Part shown: piece by piece, positions 40,317 to 53,100 of the stretch
Numbering within the stretch: the first letter of the stretch is position 1
Layout of the letters: each line of letters starts with the position of its first letter
Source: Carpediemonas membranifera BICM
Lineage: Eukaryota; Protista; Fornicata
DNA length: 64,000 nucleotides
Assembly: GCA_019828565.1 (NCBI GenBank)
Contig: JAHDYR010000004.1
Span: 62,001 to 126,000 of the forward strand
Direction of reading: 5' to 3'
Made by a program: the position numbers and the translations under genes
Notes under the pieces: generated by a model
Seen by the model: only the letters and a program-made list of their open reading frames with translations
The model's database searches: none
What the model was told of the DNA's origin: nothing

Positions 40317-43300
40317 ACCCTGATGCCAACACTCGACCGCGGTGCACGCCTCAAGGCCATCACAAGCAAGGGCACCCAACTGTACGGCCAGAACGCGGCC
40401 CACCGCCTTAACACTCTGCGCCTGCAGAAGGCGTGCGACGGGTACAACCCCGTCGTCGAGGCCGATGGCTACCATAAGATCCCCGACAGCGCCCTCCGCG
40501 CTGCGGTCCGGTCTGTCGCCCTCAAGGGATACGACGACGACGCGATCCCGCTATACGAGGCGCTGATCGAGCGGGATTCGGACGGCAACTGGCGTCCCGC
40601 CCGCGACTGCATAGACGCCCTCTCGACCCTCGAGACCGACCATCTCGGCCAGATCGTCGTCCCCAATGGCGCGAGTCGGACCTCCGCCTGTTCGCCGCGG
40701 ACGACCGCGTTATCTCCGTGGGCAAGATCGCCACCATGTCCATCACACTCCCTGGCATGGATGGCAAAACCGTCACGCTCGACTGGGACGTCCACATGAT
40801 CACAGGCACCAGCGACAGGATGCTGATCGGCAAGGACCTCCTCAGGCACATCGGCTACGTCCTCAACGACCGCCTACTGATACTCCCGTCCGAGAAGCCG
40901 GATGATAAGGACGATCTAGAAGAGCACAACATGATCGACGCCGACGTCTTCGAAGCGGCGTCAACCTCGGACTCGAAGCATTCGCTCGCCGTCACGATCC
41001 CGGACGACCACGGCACCGAGTTCGCCAACAAGGTCCGAAGCATCGTCGAGGAGTTCGATGAGGTGTTCGACCCGGCTCTCCCGCCCGAAGGCAGCAAACT
41101 ACAGCCTCACAAGATCGAACTCACACGCGATTTTCACCTCAAGTGCCGTCCTCGACAGCTTGTCGGAGAGGCTGGCTCAGCCGCCCTCTCCGAGATCGAG
41201 AAGATGAAGAAGCTCGGCATCATACGAGACAGCCAGTCCGAGCACGCCAGCCGCCACACGATGGCAACCAAGAAGAACGGCGAACCCCGCTTCTGCGTCG
41301 CATTCAACGATCTTAACGACGCCACGAAGGACGACGCCTTTCCCCTCCCCGATCTGAGGGACCTGCCCCACGAAGCCGGCGGATGCTCTTACTTTGCATC
41401 ACTCGATCTCCGGTCCGGATACTGGCAGCAGCTGATGGAGCCGGCCAGCATCCCCCTTACCTCGTTCGTAGTCCCCGGGCACCAATTCGAGTTCCTCAGG
41501 GTCCCGTTTGGACTTAAGAACGCCCCCTCCAAGTTTCAACGAGCGATGGAGGCCGTGCTAGATGGCATCCCCGGCCACCGGGTCTACGTGGATGACATAT
41601 TCCTCTACGCACGGACCGAAGAAGGATTCCTCAACACCCTGAGACTCACCCTCCAGAGAGCCAAGGACAACCGCCTGCGCCTCCGTGCGGACAAATGTAC
41701 CATCGGCGCCGCCGAAGTGGAGGTCTGCGGATTCATCATCAACAGCTCCGGCCGCTCGGTGAGCCCAGGCCGCGTCGCCGCGCTGAAGGAGCTGCCCGCC
41801 CCCACCACCGTCACAGAGCTCAGACGCACGATGGGCAAGTTTAACCACCTCGCAAACTACCTCCCGCAACTCAGCTCAGCCACAGCCCCCCTCAACGCCC
41901 TCCTCAAGGGGTCACCCAAGAAGCTAGACAAGCTCCCTTGGACTGAGGAACACGACAAGGCATTCGCGGCTCTGGAAGGAGCTGTGCACCGACAACAAGG
42001 CATTGGCACTACCCAACCTGACCTGCAAGTGGACACTTGAGACAGACGCGTCCACAATCGCAGCCGGCGGAGTGCTGTGGCAACACGAGGGCGACACGAA
42101 GAAACCCCTCGCGTACTTCTCAAAGACGTTCACAGAGACCCAACGCCGCTGGGCGACGGTCGAGCAAGAGCTCTACGCAGTCATATACTGCATCACCCGG
42201 CCAGAGTTTAGCCAGATTCTCAAGCTGAAGCCATTCACCGTACTCACAGATCACAAGAACATCGTGTGGATGATTCGCAAGGCTGAGGAAGGGACGCGCA
42301 AGCTCACGCGATGGAGACTCATCCTATCCGAGTACCCCTTCGACATCATGCATATCGCAGGGACAAATAACGTCGTCGCGGACGCCCTCTCCCGCCCCAG
42401 CGGCGCGGCGATCAGCGAAATCGCCAGCAGCACCCACCGCTTCGACATTCAGCAGGCCCACGCTGGAGCCAACGGCCATGCTTCGATCAAACAAACGATC
42501 GCCCATCTCAAGGAAGCCGGCAAGACCTGGTCTTCCATGAACTCAGACGTCGCGGAGCACGTCGCGACTTGCCCAGTCTGCCAGAAGCTCAAATCCCACC
42601 CCATCGCCAAGGCCCAGTGGCATACGACCCAGAAGACCCGCCCATTCGAGGCGGTGCAGATAGACACGCTCGGCCCGCTTCCAAAGACGAATGGCCTCGC
42701 TCACGTGATCGTGTTCATCGACGTCTTCAGCAAGTTCACTGTGCTCAAGCCGGTTGCGTCAACCTCGGCAGAAGAAGCCGCCGACGCGATGCTCCAGGTG
42801 TGGTCGCTCTTCGGCGCACCCAGCCTGATCCAGACAGACCAGGGAAGTCAGTTCAAGAACTCAACCATCGCCGCTCTCAACAAGAAGATCAGCCTGAACC
42901 ACAGGTTCTCCACGGCGTACCACCCACAGAGTAACGGCGTTGTCGAGAGAGTCAATGGGACCATCATGCGCAGACTGCGCGCCCTGCTACTAGACTCAGA
43001 AACGACCGACTGGCCCGCACTTATCCCAATCGTGCAACACATTATCAACACTTCGACACACTCGACTACCGGCTTCACGCCGTTCGAGCTGCTTTTTCGG
43101 ACACACGTCCGCGCTCACGGCCCTCCCGGAGTCACGCATCATCAGCGCCGCCAAGGCGACGCAAGACACACCTACCATCCAGGCCATTAACGCATTCCAC
43201 ACCGACATACAGGCCATGCACGACGCAGCCCGCGCGAAGATCGCCGCATACGAGCGTCACAAGGCCGCACAAACCCAACCGGCGGACAACTTCGACTGGA

Positions 43301-43755
43301 AACTCGAACGCCTAGTGCTCCTGAGATATCCTCACAAGGCCCCATCCAAGATTCTGCCTCCAGTCCGCGGCCCGCTACAACTCCTCAGGGAAGGGAAGAG
43401 CCCCAACACATTCGTCCTCCGTGACCTCGTCACCAAGTCCGAGCTGCTCGTCCACCAGGACCGCCTCATTCGCTTCGACCCAGGCACAGCAGACCTCAAG
43501 ACACTCGAGCGCATCGCCGCATACGAACAAGACGAACAACAAGTCTCCGCCATCGTCGGCCACCGCGAGCGCAACCGACGCCTCGAGCTCCTCGTCCACT
43601 GGGAAGGCCTAGAAGACTCCGAGGACTCGTACATTCCGTATAACGCATATTACGACCGCCTCGCCGCCCTGGATGACTACCTACGCCTCAACCCAGGTCT
43701 CACGCCCCTCTTCGCACGTTACAAGCGGAAGTTCCGGGGCAATGGCCGCCGTTAG
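40317..43755 (+). CDS. pol: Outer element gag 3' part and pol (protease-like, RT, RNase H, integrase, chromodomain) in four frameshifted pieces
   Basis: MLIGKDLL, LDLRSGYWQ, PFGLKNAP, YVDD, TDAS, TDHKNI, H..H..CPVC, IDTLG/TDQG/VVER, RGP, LLVHWEGLEDSEDSY. Confidence 0.9.
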
Positions 43756-43783
43756 CTGGCTAGCTTCGCCTTGAGGAGGGAAG

Positions 43784-43840
43784 TGAGAGCCAGTGCAGTT
43801 TATGTAAACAGATCTACCTGCGCAAGCCAACAATGGCACA
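43784..43840 (+). repeat. 3' LTR of outer element (57 bp)
   Basis: Identical to 33631-33687, preceded by PPT and followed by TSD. Confidence 0.95.
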
Positions 43841-43844
43841 AGGC

Positions 43845-44112
43845 TGAGGAGAGGCGCCGGAAAGAAGAGGAGGCTCGTCGTCTGCGGGAGATCGAGGAAC
43901 AACTCAAGCGTGAGAAAGAGGAGAAGTCGCGCCGTGAGCTCGAGCGCCAGCAGCGGGAGGCCGAGGAGAGGCGCCGGAAGGAGGCGGCCATTCAGCAGAG
44001 ACTGAGGCAGATCGGGCGGTGCCCCGTTGGATTCGAGTGGATCAAGGTCGGCGGCGGGTACCGGTGTGCTGGCGGCAGCCACTTCGCGAGCGACGCCGAA
44101 GTGTTTGTCTGA
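43845..44112 (+). pseudogene. Detached C-terminus (coiled coil + CPVGFEW..CAGGSH) of the WD40-AAA gene copy 2
   Basis: Matches the 3' end of 9552-12410 plus extra coiled-coil sequence. Confidence 0.88.
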
Positions 44113-44380
44113 GTAGTAAAGATTCCAAGCAGGCGATCCCCAGACCGCACGCTCGGCATAGATCGGTAAAAGTGATTGATGGGCAGACACGCTCTCCCGG
44201 GGCCTGTCGCTGGTCTCGTTACTCGCCTCAATGTCGACCTCATCTCATGAGGTGGCATCATCGCGGATTCCATCGACTGGGCCAAGTCGCATCCGAAGAT
44301 GTCGAGAAAGACTGGCGAGGGTAATGGCCGAATGTCAGACCAGTGGTAGTTGGCTCAGCATTTACACCCGCCCCGACCCA

Positions 44381-45992
44381 TCACCAGTCCTCCTCCGTCA
44401 CAGGCCCGGGCCGGACCTCCGTCGCCCGCCTGAACGCGGCCGTCTCCCACATCGCCCTCATCGGGGCGGTGACCATCTCAGGGCCGACGAGCCCGAGCTC
44501 CTCGTGCGTGTTGCGGCCCAGGCCGTACCAGCCGAAGGCTGTGGCCAGCCAGTAGCGGTCGTTCGAGTCTGCCCGGACGGCCGTGACGACCTCGGGGAAG
44601 TCCCACTCGACGTACTCGCTCTCGTTGTGGACGAAGATGCCGTAGGACCCGCTGCCGTCCGCCCGCACGAACACCCACAGGAACTCGCTATCGAAGTCGT
44701 AGTGCAGGAAGGCGCGGCGCACCTGCCAGGGAAGCGTGACCGGGAACGGCGTGGCGCTCTCCTCCGAGTGGATGTTAAGGTAGGGGCGAAGCCACGCCCT
44801 GACCGAGCCAGCGTAGTGCAGCCCGCGGTCAGTCACGGCGAATGCCGTAAACTGCTCGTGGAACCAAATGCAGTCGACTGGGAAAGGAAGCCAGGCGAAC
44901 GTGCGTACGGGTGCAGTGTGGCTGAGCCCGAGCTGGCCGAAGCCGTTGTACCCACAGACAAATGCCTGGGTCCCACGGACCAGCGCGGTCTGGCCGAAGC
45001 TGCTATACAGGGCAGTGGGCATAAAGTCGACGGGCAGAGCGACAGGGGTGAAGTCCTGGATGAACCGATCGGGCAGCCCGACCCCGAGGGAGCCGTGAAT
45101 GTTGCTGCCGCAGGCCACCACGCCCGCAGGGGTGACAATAAAAGCGTGTGTAGCGCTTCCCAGGAGGCTAACGGCGAGGTCGGCCTCGCGCCAGTGAGGC
45201 AGGGTCTGCTCGAACTTCGCGATGCGGGGTGCGGTCTCAAACGTCACGCGGGCAGGGGGTGATTCGTGTGTGACCCACGTCCACAAGCCCGCTGTCGTCT
45301 ACGGCGTCCCATTTGAACACACCGTGTGCCGTCTCAGCGACCATGCAGTGGAAGACGTGCAGGGCAATGACAGGGGGCAGGCGTACTCTGGTGAGCGGCT
45401 CGGGGTCCAGTGGCTGGGCTCGTTCGTTCTTGGCACAAACCTGCGCGAAGAGTCGGCCAGCGTAGTGGGTGTATTCAATCGAAGTCAAGCCGCTTTCAGA
45501 TTCCTCGGTCACACGACCTGCAGTCTTACAGGCCTCATTCCATGTGAAGAAAAGCTTCTTGCAGAGGAACCAGAGCTCAGGGGCGTTGGGGCCGAGGGCT
45601 GGGCCCATGCCCGCCCCGGCCTGCATTAGTGTAGACCAGATAGTACCCTGGAGGAGGGTGTATATGCGGTCGGGGAGCTGCTCGTTGGGCTTTAGGGGGA
45701 TGTTCATGCTCAAAGGTGGATCATTTTGCAAAATTGACATGATTCGATGGATGATCAGTTGAGCGTTTTCGTTATTGAAACGCAAGAGTGAGAGAGCATC
45801 GGTGAGATGTTCAATAGTCTCGATTTCTTTGGGAAAAGGCTGTTCTACGCTGATTAGTTCGCCTAAACCAAATGCACGATCCAACAGGCGAGGAATATCT
45901 CCCGGGATATGCGCAGTAATGCGCTGTGCTTCTTTCAGTATCGTATTCATCTGCCGCAATGTGGTATCGTGCGCAGGCGTAGTTTTTTGCAT
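44381..45992 (-). CDS. RCC1/BLIP-II-like repeat protein (frameshift near 45260)
   Basis: VVACGSNIHGSLGVG, FVCGYNGFGQLGL and YGLGRNTHEELGL motifs; two overlapping ORFs (45237-45992, 44381-45286). Confidence 0.7.
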
Positions 45993-46243
45993 GAATGTTG
46001 ATCAGGCTCGTGGCAGCAACTGTGCCCGAGTTCTGATCCAAAGAAAAGTGCTCATACTCTTGTATTATCTCTTGATAACTAGCAGGTCAGCGCTGACAGC
46101 GTGTCTCTGTCCCTTCCTTCTCTTCTACTTCTACTTTTTTGAAGTCGACCTACCTCGTTTCTGACTGAACAAGAATAGATTCACCCGCAAATGAATGAAT
46201 CATTCAAAATCGCCCAATAAACCTCCAGTATACAAACACATCT

Positions 46244-47100
46244 TTACTCGGCGTTCCTGGCCTTAAGCTGGGCCGCCAGGGAGCTCTGGAGGGCGGCCAT
46301 CCGCTGGGTCTGGCTGGCACCCGCCGCATCCCGGAGTTCACCCAGGACGTCCTTGGCCTTGCCGAAGTACACGGACTGCAGGCTGTTCCGCATCTGGTTC
46401 TCCATTGTCTCGACCATCTTGCCCATGTTCACCACGTGGTCGTGCCAGCCAGAGCCTGCCTTGAGGTTGTTCTCCGCCTGCTGGGTGTAGCTGCCGGCGA
46501 GGGTCTTGAGGCCGGTGCCGCTGGCGTTCATGGAGAGAAGCACGGTGGTAGTCAGGCGGTAGGCGAACTTATCGCCCTCGGGGACGACCTCGAAGACGTG
46601 GATGGAGTCCCACACACCCTGGTCCAGGCCGCGGTGGCCCTCGCCGACCTTGTGGATGAATACGCCCATGGCAAAGGCCCCGTCCTCGGTGGCGGGGGTC
46701 CCCAGGCGTAGACGGAGCACACGCCGCTCTCGTAGTACAGCTTCGTGAAGGTGGCGAAGATGTCGTTGGCCTCAACCTCGAGCTGGCGGAGGTTGTCCGG
46801 GGGAAGGACGGCGTCCTCGAGCGGAGGCTCGTACTCGTTGGAGAAGGGCGAACGGTAGCTGTCAGCGTCGCGGTTATAGTCGCAGAGAACGAAATCACGG
46901 CCGGTCTTAGCGCACTTCTTCACCTGGAGGGGCTGATCGATGGATGTAAGCCAATCGTCGGTAAGATCCGGGCAAAAGGCTGCACAGATGGCCGACCAGC
47001 TCCGGGATTTTGGTAGGAGCGAGACGGCGAACAAGGTCAAGACCTGCTTCGTACCTGTATAATCGCCATACTGCGAAACAAACTGCATATCTTCAGTCAT
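46244..47100 (-). CDS. CAPZB: F-actin capping protein beta subunit (29-nt intron at 47055-47083; two homopolymer frameshifts)
   Basis: LDLVRRL (after splicing), IDQPL, CDYNRDADSYRSP, LRQLEVEAN, WDSIHVFEV, YRLTTTVLL, HVVNMGKMVETMENQMR, VYFGKAKD. Confidence 0.93.
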
Positions 47101-47377
47101 TGTTCTATGAGGGTCGTTTTTGCTATGATGATCATCTGATTTTCATGAGACAACATAACAAACGTAAATCCGAGGAAAAAGCCAGAATAAGCGCAAATTG
47201 GTTTCTCTTGCTACATTTAAAAGTACTCGGAGCACCCGCTTCCACCCGCTCTCGTTGTGGACGAAGATGCCGTAGGACCCGCCGCCGTCCGCCCGCACGA
47301 GCACCCACAGGAACTCACGGTGGGCGAGATTGCGACTAAGATCATTTACAACGCTACCATATATCACAACCTTGCCC

Positions 47378-49371
47378 TCAGTAGTCGAAACCGGTCCTGG
47401 TTTTGGGCCGCCGCACCGTCTTCTTGGGCAGCCCAGGCGCTTCCCGTTTCACCCGCGTGGTGCCCGTCCCGGCGGTCGCAGTGGCCGGGCGACGGGTCGA
47501 CACGCTCTTCCGGGGCCTGTCGCTGGTGACCGACGGGGCCCGCTGAGACCTGACGCCGCTCTCCTCAAGCTGCTCCTTGACGAGGTCCCTGATGAGCGTG
47601 GCGAGCTCGCTCATGTTGGGGGCCGTTACAGGGCCGGCGGAGGCCCTCGCCGGCGATGGCTCGGACTCGGTCGACTCGTCCAGACTCAGTCTCCCGTAGT
47701 CAGAGTCGTATCTGACTCCAGACCTCTTGGATCGCCTCATCGTGGTCAGCTCCTGCTCAAGTGTGCTGCTCCTGGCTCTGGTGTCATCAAGCACGGCCCT
47801 GAGCTGGATGACCTCCGTCTCCATGGTCTTAGTCGATGCCTTATGCTGCGCATATTCCACCTTGAGCGCCTCGAGCGCGGCAGAAGCGTCCTTGGCCCTG
47901 CTGGCACTCCGTTCCGCCGTCTCATTGGCCCGCTGGACGGTGTCTTCCATCTTCGCCTTCTCCCCGGCCATCTTATCAACCCCGCTCAACCGCCTCCTGC
48001 AACTTCTTCTGCAGCTCCAGAACCAGGCTGCCCTGGTCATTCCCTACTCCGCTGTAGCTCCGTCCGGTTCTTATCCGCCTCCGCCCCTCGCTGCACTGAG
48101 GCTCTTCTCACACTCGTCGAGCTGAGCACGAAGCTGGTCGAGCACGACGGGGTTGGCTGGGTGGACCTCGGTCTGTCGCCTGAGCCGGTTGTACTCGAGC
48201 TCTATGGCCTGCTTGTCGGCCTCGAGTCGGGCTTGAGTCTCCCTCAGTTCAGTGATCGTGTGCTGGGCCATCGAAATAGATTCATCCCTCGCATCTGAGA
48301 TACGGCGGGGGATCTCGTCGATCACCGCCTGCATCTCATCGATAGTCTCGCGTGCTTCGAAGTACTTCTTCTCGATCCGCTGCCGCTCGCTCTGCTCAGC
48401 CTCTAGCCGAGCCGATCCTGATGTTTGAGTCGCCCTGACGTCGTCCATCTCAATCCTGGCGTCCCTGAGCGCTGTGGAGAGCTCCTCTATTCTTGCCGAG
48501 TACTTGTTCTTGACTTCGTCAATGGCGTGTTCGCTGCTCAGCTCGGCCTTAGAGAACTGAGCTTCCATCTGTCTCACGCGTGTGGCCGCGTCGACCAGGC
48601 TCTGGTTCAGCTCCTGGACACGCGCCTCGAGCCCGGGAACCTTGGCTGCCTCGACTTCCAAGCCCTTCTTCTCCACGACGACACGCTTGAGTTCGGCCCC
48701 TGTATGACTCCTCCGTCTCGGTCAGGCGGCCGTTGGCGTTTTCAAGCCGAGTCTGGGCGTCTGCGCTGCTGTGTTGGAGGGCCGTGCGGGAGCTCGTCGA
48801 TCTCCTTGGTGTGCTCCGTCTCGACCGTCCGAGCGCGCTTCTGGAGCATCTCAATAGTGGTAGTAGCGGCGTGAAGCTCTACCTTCGCTGCATGACAGGC
48901 GTTGTGGGCTGCTTCGAGCTCGCCCTTGAGCTTTCCGATACGGGTGGCGGCGTCCTTTTGGGAGACTTCAAGCGCGCTTTCGAGTGTGGTGATTCGGCGC
49001 TGCGTCTCGCGCTGAAGCTCATCACGGGCCTTCGCTAGCCCATCAACTTGCTGCTGCAACTCGTTCACCTTTGAACTCTCGCTGGCCAGCCTGCTCTGAG
49101 CAGCGGAAGCCTCGGCGCGGAATTGGGTCGACGACGCCTCTAGGGTTTCCAGATTCTTCTCATTCTCCTCCCGCTCGCGAGCAAGCTTAGCCTGAACGTC
49201 TGCAAGCTCCTTTTCCTTCTTGGCGAGGCGGTGCTCGAGGGACTCCTGGATCTCGACGTAGAACGTCTGCTGCTGCTGGAGACGTGCCTGTGTCTTCACC
49301 AGCTCTTCGCTGAGATACTTGGCCGTGATCGTTCTCTCAATTTTCTCCTCCGAAGAGAGATCCTGGTCCAT
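47378..49371 (-). CDS. Long coiled-coil protein (three frameshifted pieces)
   Basis: Consecutive E/K/A/L/Q-rich heptad ORFs 48742-49371, 48071-48676 and 47378-48040. Confidence 0.65.
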
Positions 49372-49456
49372 GGTGGATGAAGCCTCGTTGTCTAAAATGA
49401 AGTGATCACTAAATCTCGAGGGTCTGAACCCACGTGGCGCAGGTGAGGTGTCTGCG

Positions 49457-49979
49457 ATGGCGTCGCATGCAGTGTCTCAACTCAGGTCGGAATTCTTGGA
49501 TCTGTCTGATCAAATTTTCCCAAATCTCACTGCTGAATGGTCAAAAGCGGCAAAGAAAGAGGCTAAGGTGCTCCAAACTCCTGTTCTACGAAGCAAAGCT
49601 TCGCCGATAAGGAAGAATCCTGGCAGCAAGGGCCCGACAAAGCTTACTCGAAAGAAGATCGCAATACAGCTCCTCAGAGAAGAGAATGAAGGCCATACGG
49701 ACAAAGCAATCATTGAACACAAGAAAAACATTGGTCGATACGTTCACTCCTAAGGTCAGAAAGTCGAAAGTAGGCGCTAACAATCTCGTTCTTCAGAGCG
49801 CCACGCCTCTAATTGCCCTTGAGCGAAACGACGAGCCGCCTTCTCCAGTGATGACGCGCACCCCAACACTCTCTGCGCTTGTGGGAAAGGCCAACATGCC
49901 CGATATTCAGAAGAACGCGTCCCATATTGATGCCATGCGCAAGGCCATCAAGCGAGCGGGCAAGACCGCCAGCCGGTGA
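49457..49979 (+). CDS. Hypothetical basic protein (frameshifted)
   Basis: Two overlapping K-rich ORFs divergent from the coiled-coil gene; no motif recognised. Confidence 0.4.
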
Positions 49980-50193
49980 GACCCAGGAGCAGGTTATACT
50001 GCCCTCGACAGCGTCTATCTTACCATAAACTACACTCCCTGACAGCCGTGTCCGATGCGTGCCTCCCGCACTCGCGAACATGTGGTATTGACCTGCCGCC
50101 GCAAAGGGGCCATGCAGCATCATGTATCTACCACTCGTCATTTTTCTGCCAGACTCGTGATCTTATCCTTGCGTGAGGTGGGTGCTTGGCCTC

Positions 50194-53100
50194 GTGCGAT
50201 CTGGCCGAGGAAGGAGGCTCATCATTTGATTGGCGGCATCACCCCGCAGTGGGCGGCGAGTCACGCCATCTCGACGATGGCTGCCACCAGAGACACCTGG
50301 ACAAACACGAACTTTTGGGACGTCACGATGTCGGACTGCTCAAAGTCGCAAACACCATCCAAATTCAGCGAGATGAATCAGCGACGATGCAGAAAAAGTT
50401 CGTTCCACGCCTCCCACTCTACGCAGCTGGTACGTTCCCAATCCCGTTGGTGCAGAGATGCAGCCCGCGGCGAGTTCAAGAGCGCTTACGCAGTAGATCT
50501 GAGCAATGGTGCGTCCTCCCCGAGAATCTCACGCAGCAGCGAGTGCAGAGCAGTAGAGGACATGATCAGCGACGCCACGACGCGCATCTTCGCCCCAGAT
50601 AGCAAAGCTCCACCTCAATCCCATCGGATCCTCGCCCCTCACCGCTACAGACCTCACCCCGCGTCCTCGACCACCTCTCGACGCGGCCCAGAGGAGTTCA
50701 GCATGAGGCTGACTGAGCCCGACCTCACTGTCACGATGAGGTATGGCAAGCTGGCCGCCGACAAGCCCGACAGCGCCGTCGACGACCTGCTCGCTGCCTG
50801 GAATGCGAGGGATGGCTGGAGTGCATCCAGACGATGAAGGGTCACACCAACTGGGTGATCAGCGTCGCCTTCCTCCCCGACGGCGCCATGGTCACTGGGT
50901 CAGCGGGATGGGACGACCAAGCTGTGGGACAAGCGGCGTGCAAGACGACGATGAAGCATAGCGGGGGCTGTTCGGTGCATCGCCGTCTCCCCGGACGGGT
51001 CAACCATCGCATCGGGCGGGACTGACCGCAAGATCAAGCTGTGGGAGGCGCGGCAGACTCCGTCAAGACGCCTCGAGGGGCACACCAGGGATGTGAGAAG
51101 CGTCGGTTTCTCCCTCAGACGGCAAAGACGCTGGTGTCCGGATCATATGACAACACAGTCAGGACGTGGGACGTCGCCACCGGCGTGTGCAGGACGATGG
51201 AAGGGCACTCAGATTTTGGTGCTCTCCGTCGCCATCTCCCCTGACGGCAAGACCATCGTCTCTGGATCAAAGGACAAGACAATCAAGGTGTGGGTCGCTG
51301 AGTCGGGCAGACTCTGAGCAGACTCTGGAGGGCCACACGAATTCTGTCGCCGCCGTCGCCATCTCCCCGAACGGCGCTCTGCTGGCCTCTGGGTCTGGCG
51401 ACCACACCATCAGACTCCTGGGACACCAGGACCCGGGAGTGCGTCGCCGTCCCTCAGGGGGCACGCGAGCTTTGTCCGCAGCGTCGCCTTCTCGCCCGAC
51501 GGCAGGACCCTCGCCTCTGGGTCTTGGGACAACACCATCAAGCTCTGGAGCATCGCTAGCGGCGAGTGCTTCGAGACGCTCAGGGCCATGACGATTGGGT
51601 CCGCTGCGTCGCCTTCTCCCCGGACGGGTCGACCCTGCTCTCTGGATCTGACGACAAAAACCGCCAAGTAGTGGTTCCTTGGTCGCTCTCCCGAGCTCAC
51701 CGCCTCGACTAGACTCCTCGCCGAGCCTGTCCCGGCCGCGGCCATCGTCCGCCTCGAGGGCACCGTCGCCGACCTCACCCGCGTCCTCGACCACCTCTCG
51801 GCGCGGCCCCGAGAGTTCAGCATGAGGCTGACTGAGCCCGACCTCACTGTCACGATGAGGTATGGCAAGCTGGCTGCCGACAAGCCCGACAGCGCCGTCG
51901 ACGATCTGCTCGCTGCCTGGCATGCGAGGATGGCTGAGTGCATCCAGACGATGAAGGGTCACACCGATGACGTGCTCAGAGTCGCCTTCCTCCCCGACGG
52001 CGCCATGGTCACTGGGTCAGTGGGATGGGACGACTCAAGCTGTAGGGCAAGCGCGGCGTGTGCACGACGACGATGGAGCATGGCGGGAAGTTTTGTGCAT
52101 CGCCGTCTCCCCGGACGGGTCGACCATCGCCTCGGGCGGTGATGACCGCAAGATCAAGCTGTGGGACCAGACCGGCAGACTCGTCAAGACGCTCGAGGGG
52201 CACACCGATGTTGTGAACAGCCTCGCCTTCTCCCGAGACGGCAAGACGCTGGTGTCCGGATCCGATGACAAGACAGTCAGGACGTGGGACGTCGCCACCG
52301 GCGCGTGCAGGACGATGGAAGGGCACTCCAGATTGGGTGCTCTCCGTCGCCATCTCCCCCGACGGCAAAGACCATCGTCTCTGGATCGTCTGATGACACG
52401 ATCAAGGTGTGGGACGCTGAGTCGGGCAGACTCCGAGCAGACTCTGGAGGGCCACACGAGTTATCTCACCACCGTCGCCATCTCCCCGGACGGCAAGACC
52501 CTCGCCTCTGGGTCTTGGGACAACACCACTCGCTCTGGAGCATCGACAGCGGCGAGTGCTTCGAGACGCTCAGGGGTCATGCCGATAAGGTGTGGAGCGT
52601 CGCATTCTCCCCAGACGGGTCGACCCTGCTCTCTGGATCTTCCGGACAAGACCGTCAAGCAGTGGCATATCAAGCACTCGCCAGAGATCGAGGAGGTCTG
52701 CGCCCGACCCACACTCGGCGCCGACATCCGCCTGCCGTCCGACGACTCGCTCCTCTACTCGCCGACCTGGCGCGGGTCGTCATCCACATCTCGCCACGGG
52801 CCTGCCCCGCTCTTTTGAGATGAGGCTGGCCCCACCCCGAATGCATACCGTCTCTCTTGGTCCTACCGGATTCACGTCGAGCTAAGCCGCCGATGTTGAA
52901 GCCCCTTCTCGAGCTACTCAACCGCCACCTCGTGATGCAGAAACTGTTGACTGAAACACGTGCTCTCGACGCCGCTGACGAAGCGCTGTACGTGGCCGCG
53001 GCTCTGAGCGACGCCAAGCGCCTTGCTGGCTGCCGCCGGCTCCGCACGCGGAGTAGCATCGAGGCGAGTGCTCGCGCTGAGGACCGACCTCGCCCGCCTC

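Larger units (their letters stand above)
33631..43840 (+). mobile_element. Outer Ty3/Gypsy chromodomain LTR retrotransposon (~4.26 kb without the nested element)
   Basis: Identical 57-bp TG...CA LTRs, AGGC TSD at 33627-33630 and 43841-43844, PPT gaggagggaag at 43773-43783, domain order PR-RT-RH-IN-chromo. Confidence 0.95.

Noticed and set aside
33631-43840. DIRS/tyrosine-recombinase element or DNA transposon
   Set aside because: DDE integrases, direct LTRs, PPTs and TSDs identify both as Ty3/Gypsy.
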